DNA from: a virus
Taxonomy: Duplodnaviria; Caudoviricetes
Length of the DNA: 31,007 nt
Strand: one strand, 5' to 3'
IMG/VR virus record: IMGVR_UViG_3300043391_000054
Location: 1-31,007 of that record
Shown in pieces: positions 23,911 through 31,007 of the stretch (positions within the stretch are counted from its first letter, which is position 1; each line of letters begins with the position of its first letter). The position numbers and the translations under genes are program-made. The notes beneath the pieces are model-generated. The model searched no databases. It worked only from the letters and a program-made list of their open reading frames with translations, and was not told the DNA's origin.

Positions 23911-23928
23911 TTCCTTTTGCTCTTAAGC
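23911..23928 (-). repeat. 18-bp direct repeat, copy 2
   Basis: TTCCTTTTGCTCTTAAGC on the + strand, identical to 21338-21355. Confidence 0.9.
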
Positions 23929-23944
23929 CTTTCGCTCAATTGCC

Positions 23945-24832
23945 TTATTTGGCTTCCAGTTGGGCGATACGGATACGAAGGGATTGGATTTCAGCGATAA
24001 GCAATGGGACCAGAGAGGACACATCCATTTGCTGATAGTCGGCGGTTCCGTCTTCTTTTACGGCATCTTTCTCGCCAGTCACTGCATACGGGGTTACGGC
24101 TTGGGCTTCATGCGCCACCAGCATTGGGCGGCTTTGAGTAGCGCCTTTCATCTGGCCTTCATAGACCTTCAGCGCATCAATTGTTGCGCCGGAATCTTGT
24201 ACAGGACCAATAATGTCTTTGGCGCGATAGTCGGAGGTGGTGTTGTAGGCGACTAAGCCGCCTGCTCGGTTGTAGCCGATTGTGCCGCGACTTGTAAAGG
24301 TGCCTTCAGTCGCAAAGTTAACAAAAATGGAGTTTCCTGACGTTACGGCAGACCATGCTTGAAAACATGGATTGACTACATCATTGACTTGGCAAGTAAT
24401 ACCATTTGTTCCTCCGGCATTAACAGACAATTTTCCCGAATTTAAAGTACTCGTCGTCCCCACCAGCAGGTTGCCGGAGGGGTCGAGGCGCATCCGTTCT
24501 GTGTTATTTGTCGACCAAGCGACAGTATTTGTTGTTGGCAAATACATTCCGTTCGTTGGAACCGTTGATCCAGATGGAATAAATGCAGTACCAGTTGCGC
24601 TACCAGTTGTTGCAAAATTCGTCCCGTCAAACGTCAGCGCAGACCCAGTGGTCAGGACCTTGGAGCCATTGAGATAGGCGACACCGTTTGCCGTACCGCC
24701 GCCGCTTAACGCATTGATTGGCGCACCAGCAGCACCGATCAATGTAATAAAGTTTCCGTTGGCGTCATATGTCGCACCAACTGGGACCACGTTTTCAGTC
24801 GTGACTGTGTTTACTTGATTGGTCGATGCCAT
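23945..24832 (-). CDS. Tail fibre with C-terminal intramolecular chaperone (peptidase S74-like)
   Basis: ERMRLDPSGNLLVGTT fibre repeat; YNTTSDYRAKD autocleavage motif; AHEAQAVTPYAV.GEKD; terminal coiled coil. Confidence 0.85.
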   Translation of the reverse strand: MASTNQVNTVTTENVVPVGATYDANGNFITLIGAAGAPINALSGGGTANGVAYLNGSKVLTTGSALTFDGTNFATTGSATGTAFIPSGSTVPTNGMYLPTTNTVAWSTNNTERMRLDPSGNLLVGTTSTLNSGKLSVNAGGTNGITCQVNDVVNPCFQAWSAVTSGNSIFVNFATEGTFTSRGTIGYNRAGGLVAYNTTSDYRAKDIIGPVQDSGATIDALKVYEGQMKGATQSRPMLVAHEAQAVTPYAVTGEKDAVKEDGTADYQQMDVSSLVPLLIAEIQSLRIRIAQLEAK

Positions 24833-24852
24833 TTTCTATCCCAAAATTAAAG

Positions 24853-24882
24853 AAAAAAGCCGACCCTTGTGAGATCGGCTTT
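24853..24882 (-). terminator. Rho-independent terminator after the head genes
   Basis: GCCGAUCU-CACAA-GGGUCGGC followed by UUUUUU. Confidence 0.85.
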
Positions 24883-24900
24883 CTTTCTCATTTGCCCAAC

Positions 24901-25332
24901 TTATGGCAGGAACGTCAGATCGTAACCGTACACAAACACGTCAACAGTAGCAGCGTAAGACGCCGCCGTGCCAACGTTAAAGTACAGGTTCTGAGTCGTC
25001 TGCGCTGCCGTAGACGCTACAGTTCGCTGCGACACAACCGAAGAGCTGGTCAATGCGCTCAGGCTGGCATTCGACACGATTGCGGTGCCGCTTGCGCCAG
25101 GCGCTGGAAACACGCCGGCCAAAGGGACCGTAGCCGTCGACAGATTGGTCGAAGCATTGGTCACAATAACGTTTGAAACGCTATAGCTGGTCGAGTTGAT
25201 GATCGGCAGAACGGTGTCACCCGTTGCTGCTAGGTTGACCGATTGAAAGGATGCCAACAAACGCAGAGCCTGGTTGCTGCTCAGGTTCTGTGGATGATTG
25301 GCAACGGTACTTGCGGGGCCTGGATTCGCCAT
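24901..25332 (-). CDS. Putative capsid decoration/cement protein
   Basis: 143 aa, Ala/Ser/Thr/Val-rich, between the coat gene and the terminator; TAAGGA SD. Confidence 0.65.
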   Translation of the reverse strand: MANPGPASTVANHPQNLSSNQALRLLASFQSVNLAATGDTVLPIINSTSYSVSNVIVTNASTNLSTATVPLAGVFPAPGASGTAIVSNASLSALTSSSVVSQRTVASTAAQTTQNLYFNVGTAASYAATVDVFVYGYDLTFLP

Positions 25333-25357
25333 GATTTATTCCTTAAATCTTTGTTGA

Positions 25358-26605
25358 TTAAGCAGCGACTCGGCAACCCAGCTCTGGGTAGAGCATCGCC
25401 CAACCGTAGAGCACGTCAAGTCGACATGGGACAGAATCGTTATTGATTGTATATTGACGGACCACACGAATCGAAAGGCCCAGGTCCTTATCCGATGCAC
25501 GTCCAGCAAATACGACCCCGGCTGGCAGCTCGAGATCGGCGCAAGCCAATGTCTCTGCATTGCGATGGAGGATGATGTTTTGCGGGGAAACCGTACCAGT
25601 GTTGTTGAACGGGGTAACAACAGCCGTGCTGCTGGTAGCCGAAACAGACACGTTCTGGAATTGGCCAGCGGTGATGATTGCAGGAGAAACCGTAACCGAT
25701 GCCGAGCCACCCGAGCTGATGGTAACGTCAGACGTCACAACAAAGTTACGCAGACGGTTCGTGCCGTAAGGCTGACGGTTCTGCGGGTTAACCGCGTAGA
25801 CGTTAGCAATGGTGATCACGTCGCCCTGCTTGATCGGAGCTGCTGCGGAAGTTGCCGAGATGGTGATCGTCGATGACGATGCCCAGCCGGACGTCAGCGA
25901 ACCGGTGAAGGTAGCTGTGTTGGTTGCCAGCGTTGCAGAAGCGTAGGAGCCAAAAGTCTGGCTAACCACGTTCTGATCCATCTTCCAACGCATACCGGCG
26001 CTGTCCGTGCCCATCATGCCCTTTTCGTACTGCTCGCTGATCTTTGCCGAAGGCATAAACAAGCCCTTGAGCGAATCAACAATGGTGGCCGAGGTGAAAG
26101 GCTCGACGATACAAGCACGGCGTCCGTCGCGTGGCGCACCTTCTGAGTCCAGATAAGCCTGGCCGGTCAGGTAGGTCAGCAACGAAGTAGGTGGAACGCC
26201 AGCAGTACCAACGATGTTGGCAATGTTGTTCTTGGCAAGCACCAGACCGTCACGGTCAATCTTGTTGGCGATAGCAGCAACGCCAGGCTTGATCACGCGA
26301 TCCGAGAACATATCCAGCGAAAGAGCCAAATCAGCGGTGCTGAACTGGGTATCAACGTGGAATTGAGTGTTGAGCGTTACAGGAATGCTGGTCTCGTTGA
26401 AATCTTCAACGGACAGGTTGGGTCCCGTGGTTCCGATAAAGCGTGCTGGCTTACGGACATTGACCGTACTTCCAATTTTCGCGCCCGATACAGAAAATTG
26501 ATCATCATACTCACGGTTGACTTCGGAGGTGAACGTAAGTTCGTTCTCCAAAACCATCAGAGCTTCATTTGTGATCTTACTAATCGTAAGTAAGGTATTT
26601 GCCAT
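25358..26605 (-). CDS. Major capsid protein (P22 coat family)
   Basis: MANTLLT...EALMVLENEL...KIGSTVNVRKP...GDVITIANV...RLDVLYGW...PEL; follows the scaffold gene. Confidence 0.93.
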   Translation of the reverse strand: MANTLLTISKITNEALMVLENELTFTSEVNREYDDQFSVSGAKIGSTVNVRKPARFIGTTGPNLSVEDFNETSIPVTLNTQFHVDTQFSTADLALSLDMFSDRVIKPGVAAIANKIDRDGLVLAKNNIANIVGTAGVPPTSLLTYLTGQAYLDSEGAPRDGRRACIVEPFTSATIVDSLKGLFMPSAKISEQYEKGMMGTDSAGMRWKMDQNVVSQTFGSYASATLATNTATFTGSLTSGWASSSTITISATSAAAPIKQGDVITIANVYAVNPQNRQPYGTNRLRNFVVTSDVTISSGGSASVTVSPAIITAGQFQNVSVSATSSTAVVTPFNNTGTVSPQNIILHRNAETLACADLELPAGVVFAGRASDKDLGLSIRVVRQYTINNDSVPCRLDVLYGWAMLYPELGCRVAA

Positions 26606-26641
26606 TTTATTTCCTTCGCGTCATGGACGCATTAAATCTGT

Positions 26642-27538
26642 TTACCTAATCTTGCCGGCTTGTCTTGCCGCTTTCCATGCTGCGTATGTCCCATGAAATT
26701 CACCTTTTGAATTCACAAGATTGTCAGCGGTTGCGTTGCTTGACTTGATAGGGTTGATCGGGGCTGGTGCCTTGCTTTTTACCACAGATCTATCAGGTTT
26801 GCTAGTTTCAGATTTCTCAAACTTCGCTTCCAACTTGCCAATAGCTCTCAACGCTTGAGCCGGCGTCAAATCATTAAAGGATCTGGCCTGATCTTGATTT
26901 GATGCAAGGTGATACAGGATTTGAGGTCCCACGTCTGACTCTAATATTGCGTCCCGAATGTGATTCGGCACAACAACATCGCTCGACGACACCATCTCAT
27001 CAAAATCGTTAATCTCAGCCTTTGCCGCTTCGAGCCGTTTGGTCCAAGTCTGCACGACTTTCGCCTGTTGCTCTTGCGCTCGCCTTTCTAAATCTTGCCG
27101 ATCTCGCTCTTTCAGTGCCCTTTCAGCGCTATATTCAGCCAACGCTTCTGCATATTCAAAAGCATCAGTAAATTGATCCGGCGTGGGCTTGGCATCAGCA
27201 ACCGGAGCCTGTCTAGGCGCCTGTCCTTGCTCCAAAGCCGCTAGCCGTGCTTCCAGCGCTTCCCTAGCATCACGCTCACGCTGGGCGTCTGCCCTAGCTT
27301 GTTCGCGCTGCTTTGTCAGCTCTGAAAACCGCGCCTTTAGCTTGCTCGGTTTACCTTCGTTCTCTGTAGCTGGTGCTTCATCTTCTGCTTCTGGCTCATT
27401 CTCAACCTCAGATTCGATTGGCTCTGCTTCTTCAGCAGCCTCAACCTCACCTTCGGGAGCTAAGTTCAGTTTTTGTGCAAAAAATTCGGCCTGATTCTCT
27501 GATGTGATGACCGTAGTCGATTCGCGCTGTTCTGACAT
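26642..27538 (-). CDS. Scaffolding protein
   Basis: 298 aa; acidic N-terminus, coiled coil and basic C-terminal helix; between portal and coat. Confidence 0.85.
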   Translation of the reverse strand: MSEQRESTTVITSENQAEFFAQKLNLAPEGEVEAAEEAEPIESEVENEPEAEDEAPATENEGKPSKLKARFSELTKQREQARADAQRERDAREALEARLAALEQGQAPRQAPVADAKPTPDQFTDAFEYAEALAEYSAERALKERDRQDLERRAQEQQAKVVQTWTKRLEAAKAEINDFDEMVSSSDVVVPNHIRDAILESDVGPQILYHLASNQDQARSFNDLTPAQALRAIGKLEAKFEKSETSKPDRSVVKSKAPAPINPIKSSNATADNLVNSKGEFHGTYAAWKAARQAGKIR

Positions 27539-27585
27539 GGTTACCCACGGATTTTCCCGGTGAAACGCGCCGGTACGATTTCGCT

Positions 27586-27614
27586 TATATAACCCGTTTT
27601 TTGATTGATGTCAA
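27586..27614 (-). promoter_or_regulatory. Sigma70-like promoter upstream of scaffold/coat
   Basis: TTGACA (27614-27609), 17 bp, TATATA (27591-27586). Confidence 0.55.
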
Positions 27615-27617
27615 AGA

Positions 27618-29732
27618 CTATTGCATAAACGGGTTTTGTCCTTGGTCAACGTCCTGCACGGCATAGGTCGCTGCCATCATTTGCTCGGCATTACGTCGCT
27701 CAATTTCTTGAGCCAATACGTCGATGGGCATATTGTGAATTAGCAGGTTCACCAGAGCATCAATCTCAGTCTTGTTTTGGCTCGTAATCGACCGAGTGTT
27801 TTGATCATTGACCCGCACCTCGGCCATTGTCTCGGTGTTATGCGCTCGAGCGGTGACGTCCATGAGCTTGCGCTTGTTAGCTCCTTCTTCTTTGATCTGC
27901 GCAACCTGGCCACGATTGTTAATCTCGAGCTGCATCGCTTGCATCTGTTGTTGCATTTGCTGCATTTGCTGGTTTGCTTGCGCAAGCTGCATCTGGACCT
28001 GTGGCGGAACGTCTGATTTCTCATCAATTTGAGCCAACGGATTCACCGCCGCCAGCCGGTCGGCAATGATCTCGGCACCAGGGAAATCCATCTGCCGGAA
28101 TACCAGATCACCAGCAGCCTGGAACAGCTCTGGGCTTGCGCCAATGAGCGGCATCATCGCCTCGACCGCTTGAATGCGCCGCGATGCGTAGCCAGGACCC
28201 GTGTCCATGCTGACGTCGTACTCGCCAACAGTTACGTCGTTTAAGACTCTCCCAACTTGGGAGGCTTCGTTAATGGTGATCAAGTCTGGCTTGCCATCAA
28301 CGCCGATAATCCGCATAACGCGCTCGGAATCGTAGATTTTCGGCACCAGATCAAGAATGATTCGACCAGTCTGGGCAATGGATTTAGTCAAATTATCGTA
28401 GTAGTGATAATTCGTCATATCCATTTGCTGCTGCTGGCCATTGAGCGCTTTGCCGCTGATGTTGCCGGTCGGCAATTGGCTTGGATCGAAGACGCCAACG
28501 ACCTGTTGCAAGTCGATACTGACCGACTCTGCCGCTGCCATAATCCCAGCAGGTGGTGGCTCGGGTTGCAGACGGGTCGGCACCGGAGCTTGGCGTCCCT
28601 CAATGTCGGTCTGCTTATATCGCAGCACTGGCGTAGCTTTGATGTTAGCTGCCGCCCACTCAGTCTCATGACCCTCGTCCTGACCCTCAGCCAGCAGCCA
28701 TTTAGCTTTTGGCGCTAGGGCAATAGCCTCGGTCATCGAGGTCTGCCAGAAGTTGTACATCTTCTGCGGGTCCTTGGCGTAGCGCACCAACCCGTACTTG
28801 ATCGACTTGCTGTCAATCACGATCCGACCGCCGTAGACCGGAACGACCGGAATGTACTTGCCTGGCCAGTCGCGCTCCTCAAGGATTTCCATCGCGGTGA
28901 GTTTGACCCACTTGACGACCTTCTTGTAGCTATCCCGCTCGCCAACAATCTCAAGACCATTCGCGGCCATAAACTCCTTGCTGGGGAGCTGGTCCTTGTA
29001 TAGGCGTGACTTGTCGTTCAGCAGGTAGAGCTTTGCCGGCGTGCGCTCGACATAAAAGTATTCGGCAATACGAATGTCTTCTTTGGTAACCCACTCAGGG
29101 TTGCTATCGCCGCCACCTCGAGCGCTAAAGTTCCCGCCATCGTAGGCGTCTGGGTACAGATCTCGAAACTTATCCTTGCTCATGATCGTCGTGATCAAGC
29201 ATTTCTCTTGGTCCGAGCCGTCCAGCGCCGTGCTGTTGGGATCAAAGTAGACCGAGAACGGGTTCTCGATTGGCTCAATGTAGATCTCTTGGTCAAACGA
29301 ATCAGGAGACGTGTAATCGGTGACGATGCGCCAGTAGCCCCAACCCATGCGCACAGCGTACTCAAACGCTTTGTCATAGGCGCTATCGGCGTCGCTGTTG
29401 ATTTCAATATGTCGGCAAAGACCCTCAACCACCTGCGCCGTCTCTTTGTCTGCATAGCTGTTGCACGGATGCACCTTGATGCGCGGACGTTGCTGGCGCT
29501 GCTGGTTGGCGATCTGCCGGCAATAGGCATCGAGCTTGTTGATGGTCAAGCAGGGCCTAGCTTCCAGGTTCCGGCTGTTCTGTATCTCAACCGGCCATTG
29601 GTCGCCGCTGACAAAGCGCAGATCGTCTAGCGCGTCAGAGCGGTTGACGCTATCGGCTTCGCTGGCCAGACGCAGGAATTGCATCGCGCTTGCAATGCGG
29701 GAATCTTCGCCTTCGTTTTGATAGCTCGCCAT
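27618..29732 (-). CDS. Portal protein (P22-like)
   Basis: About 704 aa from ATG 29732; DDLRFVSGDQW...RPCLTINKL...KDPQKMYN...SGKAL; Gln-rich C-terminal barrel region. Confidence 0.93.
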   Translation of the reverse strand: MASYQNEGEDSRIASAMQFLRLASEADSVNRSDALDDLRFVSGDQWPVEIQNSRNLEARPCLTINKLDAYCRQIANQQRQQRPRIKVHPCNSYADKETAQVVEGLCRHIEINSDADSAYDKAFEYAVRMGWGYWRIVTDYTSPDSFDQEIYIEPIENPFSVYFDPNSTALDGSDQEKCLITTIMSKDKFRDLYPDAYDGGNFSARGGGDSNPEWVTKEDIRIAEYFYVERTPAKLYLLNDKSRLYKDQLPSKEFMAANGLEIVGERDSYKKVVKWVKLTAMEILEERDWPGKYIPVVPVYGGRIVIDSKSIKYGLVRYAKDPQKMYNFWQTSMTEAIALAPKAKWLLAEGQDEGHETEWAAANIKATPVLRYKQTDIEGRQAPVPTRLQPEPPPAGIMAAAESVSIDLQQVVGVFDPSQLPTGNISGKALNGQQQQMDMTNYHYYDNLTKSIAQTGRIILDLVPKIYDSERVMRIIGVDGKPDLITINEASQVGRVLNDVTVGEYDVSMDTGPGYASRRIQAVEAMMPLIGASPELFQAAGDLVFRQMDFPGAEIIADRLAAVNPLAQIDEKSDVPPQVQMQLAQANQQMQQMQQQMQAMQLEINNRGQVAQIKEEGANKRKLMDVTARAHNTETMAEVRVNDQNTRSITSQNKTEIDALVNLLIHNMPIDVLAQEIERRNAEQMMAATYAVQDVDQGQNPFMQ

Positions 29733-29734
29733 GA

Positions 29735-31007
29735 TTAGCTCATCCAATTAGTCGGTAATGTGAACGTCTGTTGTTTTTTACGTTGCTTTGGTTCGTTGAC
29801 CATCAGTCCGATGTATCGGAACGCATCTGCGCCGTGCGAATAATGGTCGTGAAGGGGTGATTTTGAGAATCCACCCGTCTCTGGGTCGACTTCGTAGCGA
29901 TAATGGCGCAGACAGGTGAGACCTTCTGAGCACGCATCTCGGTCGAACCAACAGTTGTTGAAAATAGTTCGCGCAGCATTGATAGAGTCAGCAATTGGCA
30001 CCCTAGGAATGATTCGGGTTTTGTATCCCGCCGCTCTGACAATCTCCTCAATGGATTTACCAGCAGCGGCAAGCGTTTTATTCTCGGCGTCGTGCGGAAG
30101 CCACAACGTGTCGTAATGGTATCCAAACGTCTGCAATTGCGCTAGGTAATAGCTGATTGTCTTTTGATTGTCCTCCATGTAACGCAACAATCGCGTTTCC
30201 ATGCCGACAAACTGCAAGAACCAAATCGCAGTGGCGTCAGACCATCCAAGGTCAAAAACTGCATGGACAGGCTTGCTAGGATCAAACGGAACCCGTCCAA
30301 TTCGCCCCTGAAGCTCGGCGTCCTGCATCTCCCTGGCAAACACAGCACCGTCAACAGTCTGCCGACAGATGCCCTCCCAGACGGTGTTGTAAGCCTCTAT
30401 ATCACGATCCTTGAGTGCGTCTTTTTCGGCACGTAAGGTTTCTGGAAACCAAGGGTTATCAGACCAATTAATCTTGGTAACAACAGCGTCGCTAGGAGGA
30501 TGAATAACAAACCTTTGGTACGTTTCATCGGTCTCAAGCTCCGGGTTAAAGCTGATCCAGATCTCTGAATCTTGTTTACGGATTGTCGGGATTAGCACAT
30601 TCCATGACATTCTGGACACGGATTGCGCTTCTTCGACCCAGCAAATGTCAACGCCCTCAAACGATTTGATGTTTGAGACATTGTTTTTGAGTCCAACAAA
30701 GAAGAATTCGGAGCCGTTTTTGGCTCTGATTGACGTCTGGGTTATTTCATAGAACCCATGCAATCGCAATGATTCGATCTGGTCGCATAAAAGTTTATGC
30801 ACCGAATCACGGATTGACGTCTGGAATTCCCGTGCGCAAAGAATGCGAGTGGGCTTAGATGCGCCGATAATTAGCAGCGCTCGAGCAATCGCCCAAGACT
30901 TACCGCCACCTCGACCGCCAAAGGTTACCTTGTAACGATGCTTGTCAAAAAGAACCGAAAGTTTCTCAGGAAACTCGGCGTTTGATACGGCATAGTCAAG
31001 TTCATTC
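29735..31007 (-). CDS. terL: Terminase large subunit (PBSX/Terminase_3-like; 424 aa on the circle)
   Basis: Walker A GGRGGGKS, ILCAREFQ, Walker B CWVEEAQ, SFNP, nuclease FDLGWSD and HGADAFRY; frame open to the window end, start at 181 on the circle. Confidence 0.95.
   Translation of the reverse strand, partial: NELDYAVSNAEFPEKLSVLFDKHRYKVTFGGRGGGKSWAIARALLIIGASKPTRILCAREFQTSIRDSVHKLLCDQIESLRLHGFYEITQTSIRAKNGSEFFFVGLKNNVSNIKSFEGVDICWVEEAQSVSRMSWNVLIPTIRKQDSEIWISFNPELETDETYQRFVIHPPSDAVVTKINWSDNPWFPETLRAEKDALKDRDIEAYNTVWEGICRQTVDGAVFAREMQDAELQGRIGRVPFDPSKPVHAVFDLGWSDATAIWFLQFVGMETRLLRYMEDNQKTISYYLAQLQTFGYHYDTLWLPHDAENKTLAAAGKSIEEIVRAAGYKTRIIPRVPIADSINAARTIFNNCWFDRDACSEGLTCLRHYRYEVDPETGGFSKSPLHDHYSHGADAFRYIGLMVNEPKQRKKQQTFTLPTNWMS
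30829..31007 (+). repeat. Terminal direct repeat, right copy
   Basis: Same sequence as 1-179 with one mismatch; lies inside terL. Confidence 0.97.

Larger units (their letters stand above)
1..31007. mobile_element. Complete P22-like tailed phage genome (~30.8 kb, circularly permuted contig)
   Basis: Terminal 179-bp overlap; gene order terS-terL-portal-scaffold-coat-gp4-gp10-needle-three ejection proteins-lysis; no tape measure, sheath or tube genes; no host genes. Confidence 0.95.

Noticed and set aside
27930-27995. Gln/Met-rich low-complexity run in the portal gene
   Set aside because: Expected helical barrel region of P22-like portals.
11358-30436. Many plus-strand and alternate-frame ORFs within the structural region
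   Set aside because: Shadow ORFs of long minus-strand genes, without recognisable motifs.

Overview
The window is a complete, circularly permuted genome of a small P22-like (podovirus-type) tailed phage. Bases 1-179 repeat at 30829-31007 with one mismatch, so the unit genome is about 30,828 bp and the break falls inside terL. A divergent control region at about 6474-6724 separates two transcription units. The short rightward early operon holds two tiny ORFs, a YqaJ exonuclease, an ERF annealase, an HTH protein, a hidden Cys-rich peptide and one conserved hypothetical. The long leftward unit runs rusA, origin region, SSB-like, DUF3310, Dps/ferritin-like, groES, small basic and acidic proteins, an ADP-ribosyltransferase, terS, terL, portal, scaffold, coat, decoration, three fibre-type proteins, gp4/gp10/gp26-like tail parts, a cupin, three ejection proteins, the lysis genes and a metallophosphoesterase. 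I recognise no integrase, CI-type repressor, replication initiator, helicase, primase, polymerase, spanin, tRNA or CRISPR. The most striking element is a non-coding oriC look-alike at 5696-5869: five perfect, co-oriented, helically phased DnaA boxes beside 13-bp-period AGATCT/CTAAG repeats, suggesting host-DnaA-driven replication or DnaA titration. Other highlights are an ART-PolyVal-type effector in the late operon, an 18-bp repeat bracketing a tail-fibre module, overprinted small ORFs and several RNA-structure control points. All family assignments come from motif recognition by eye, not from database searches.
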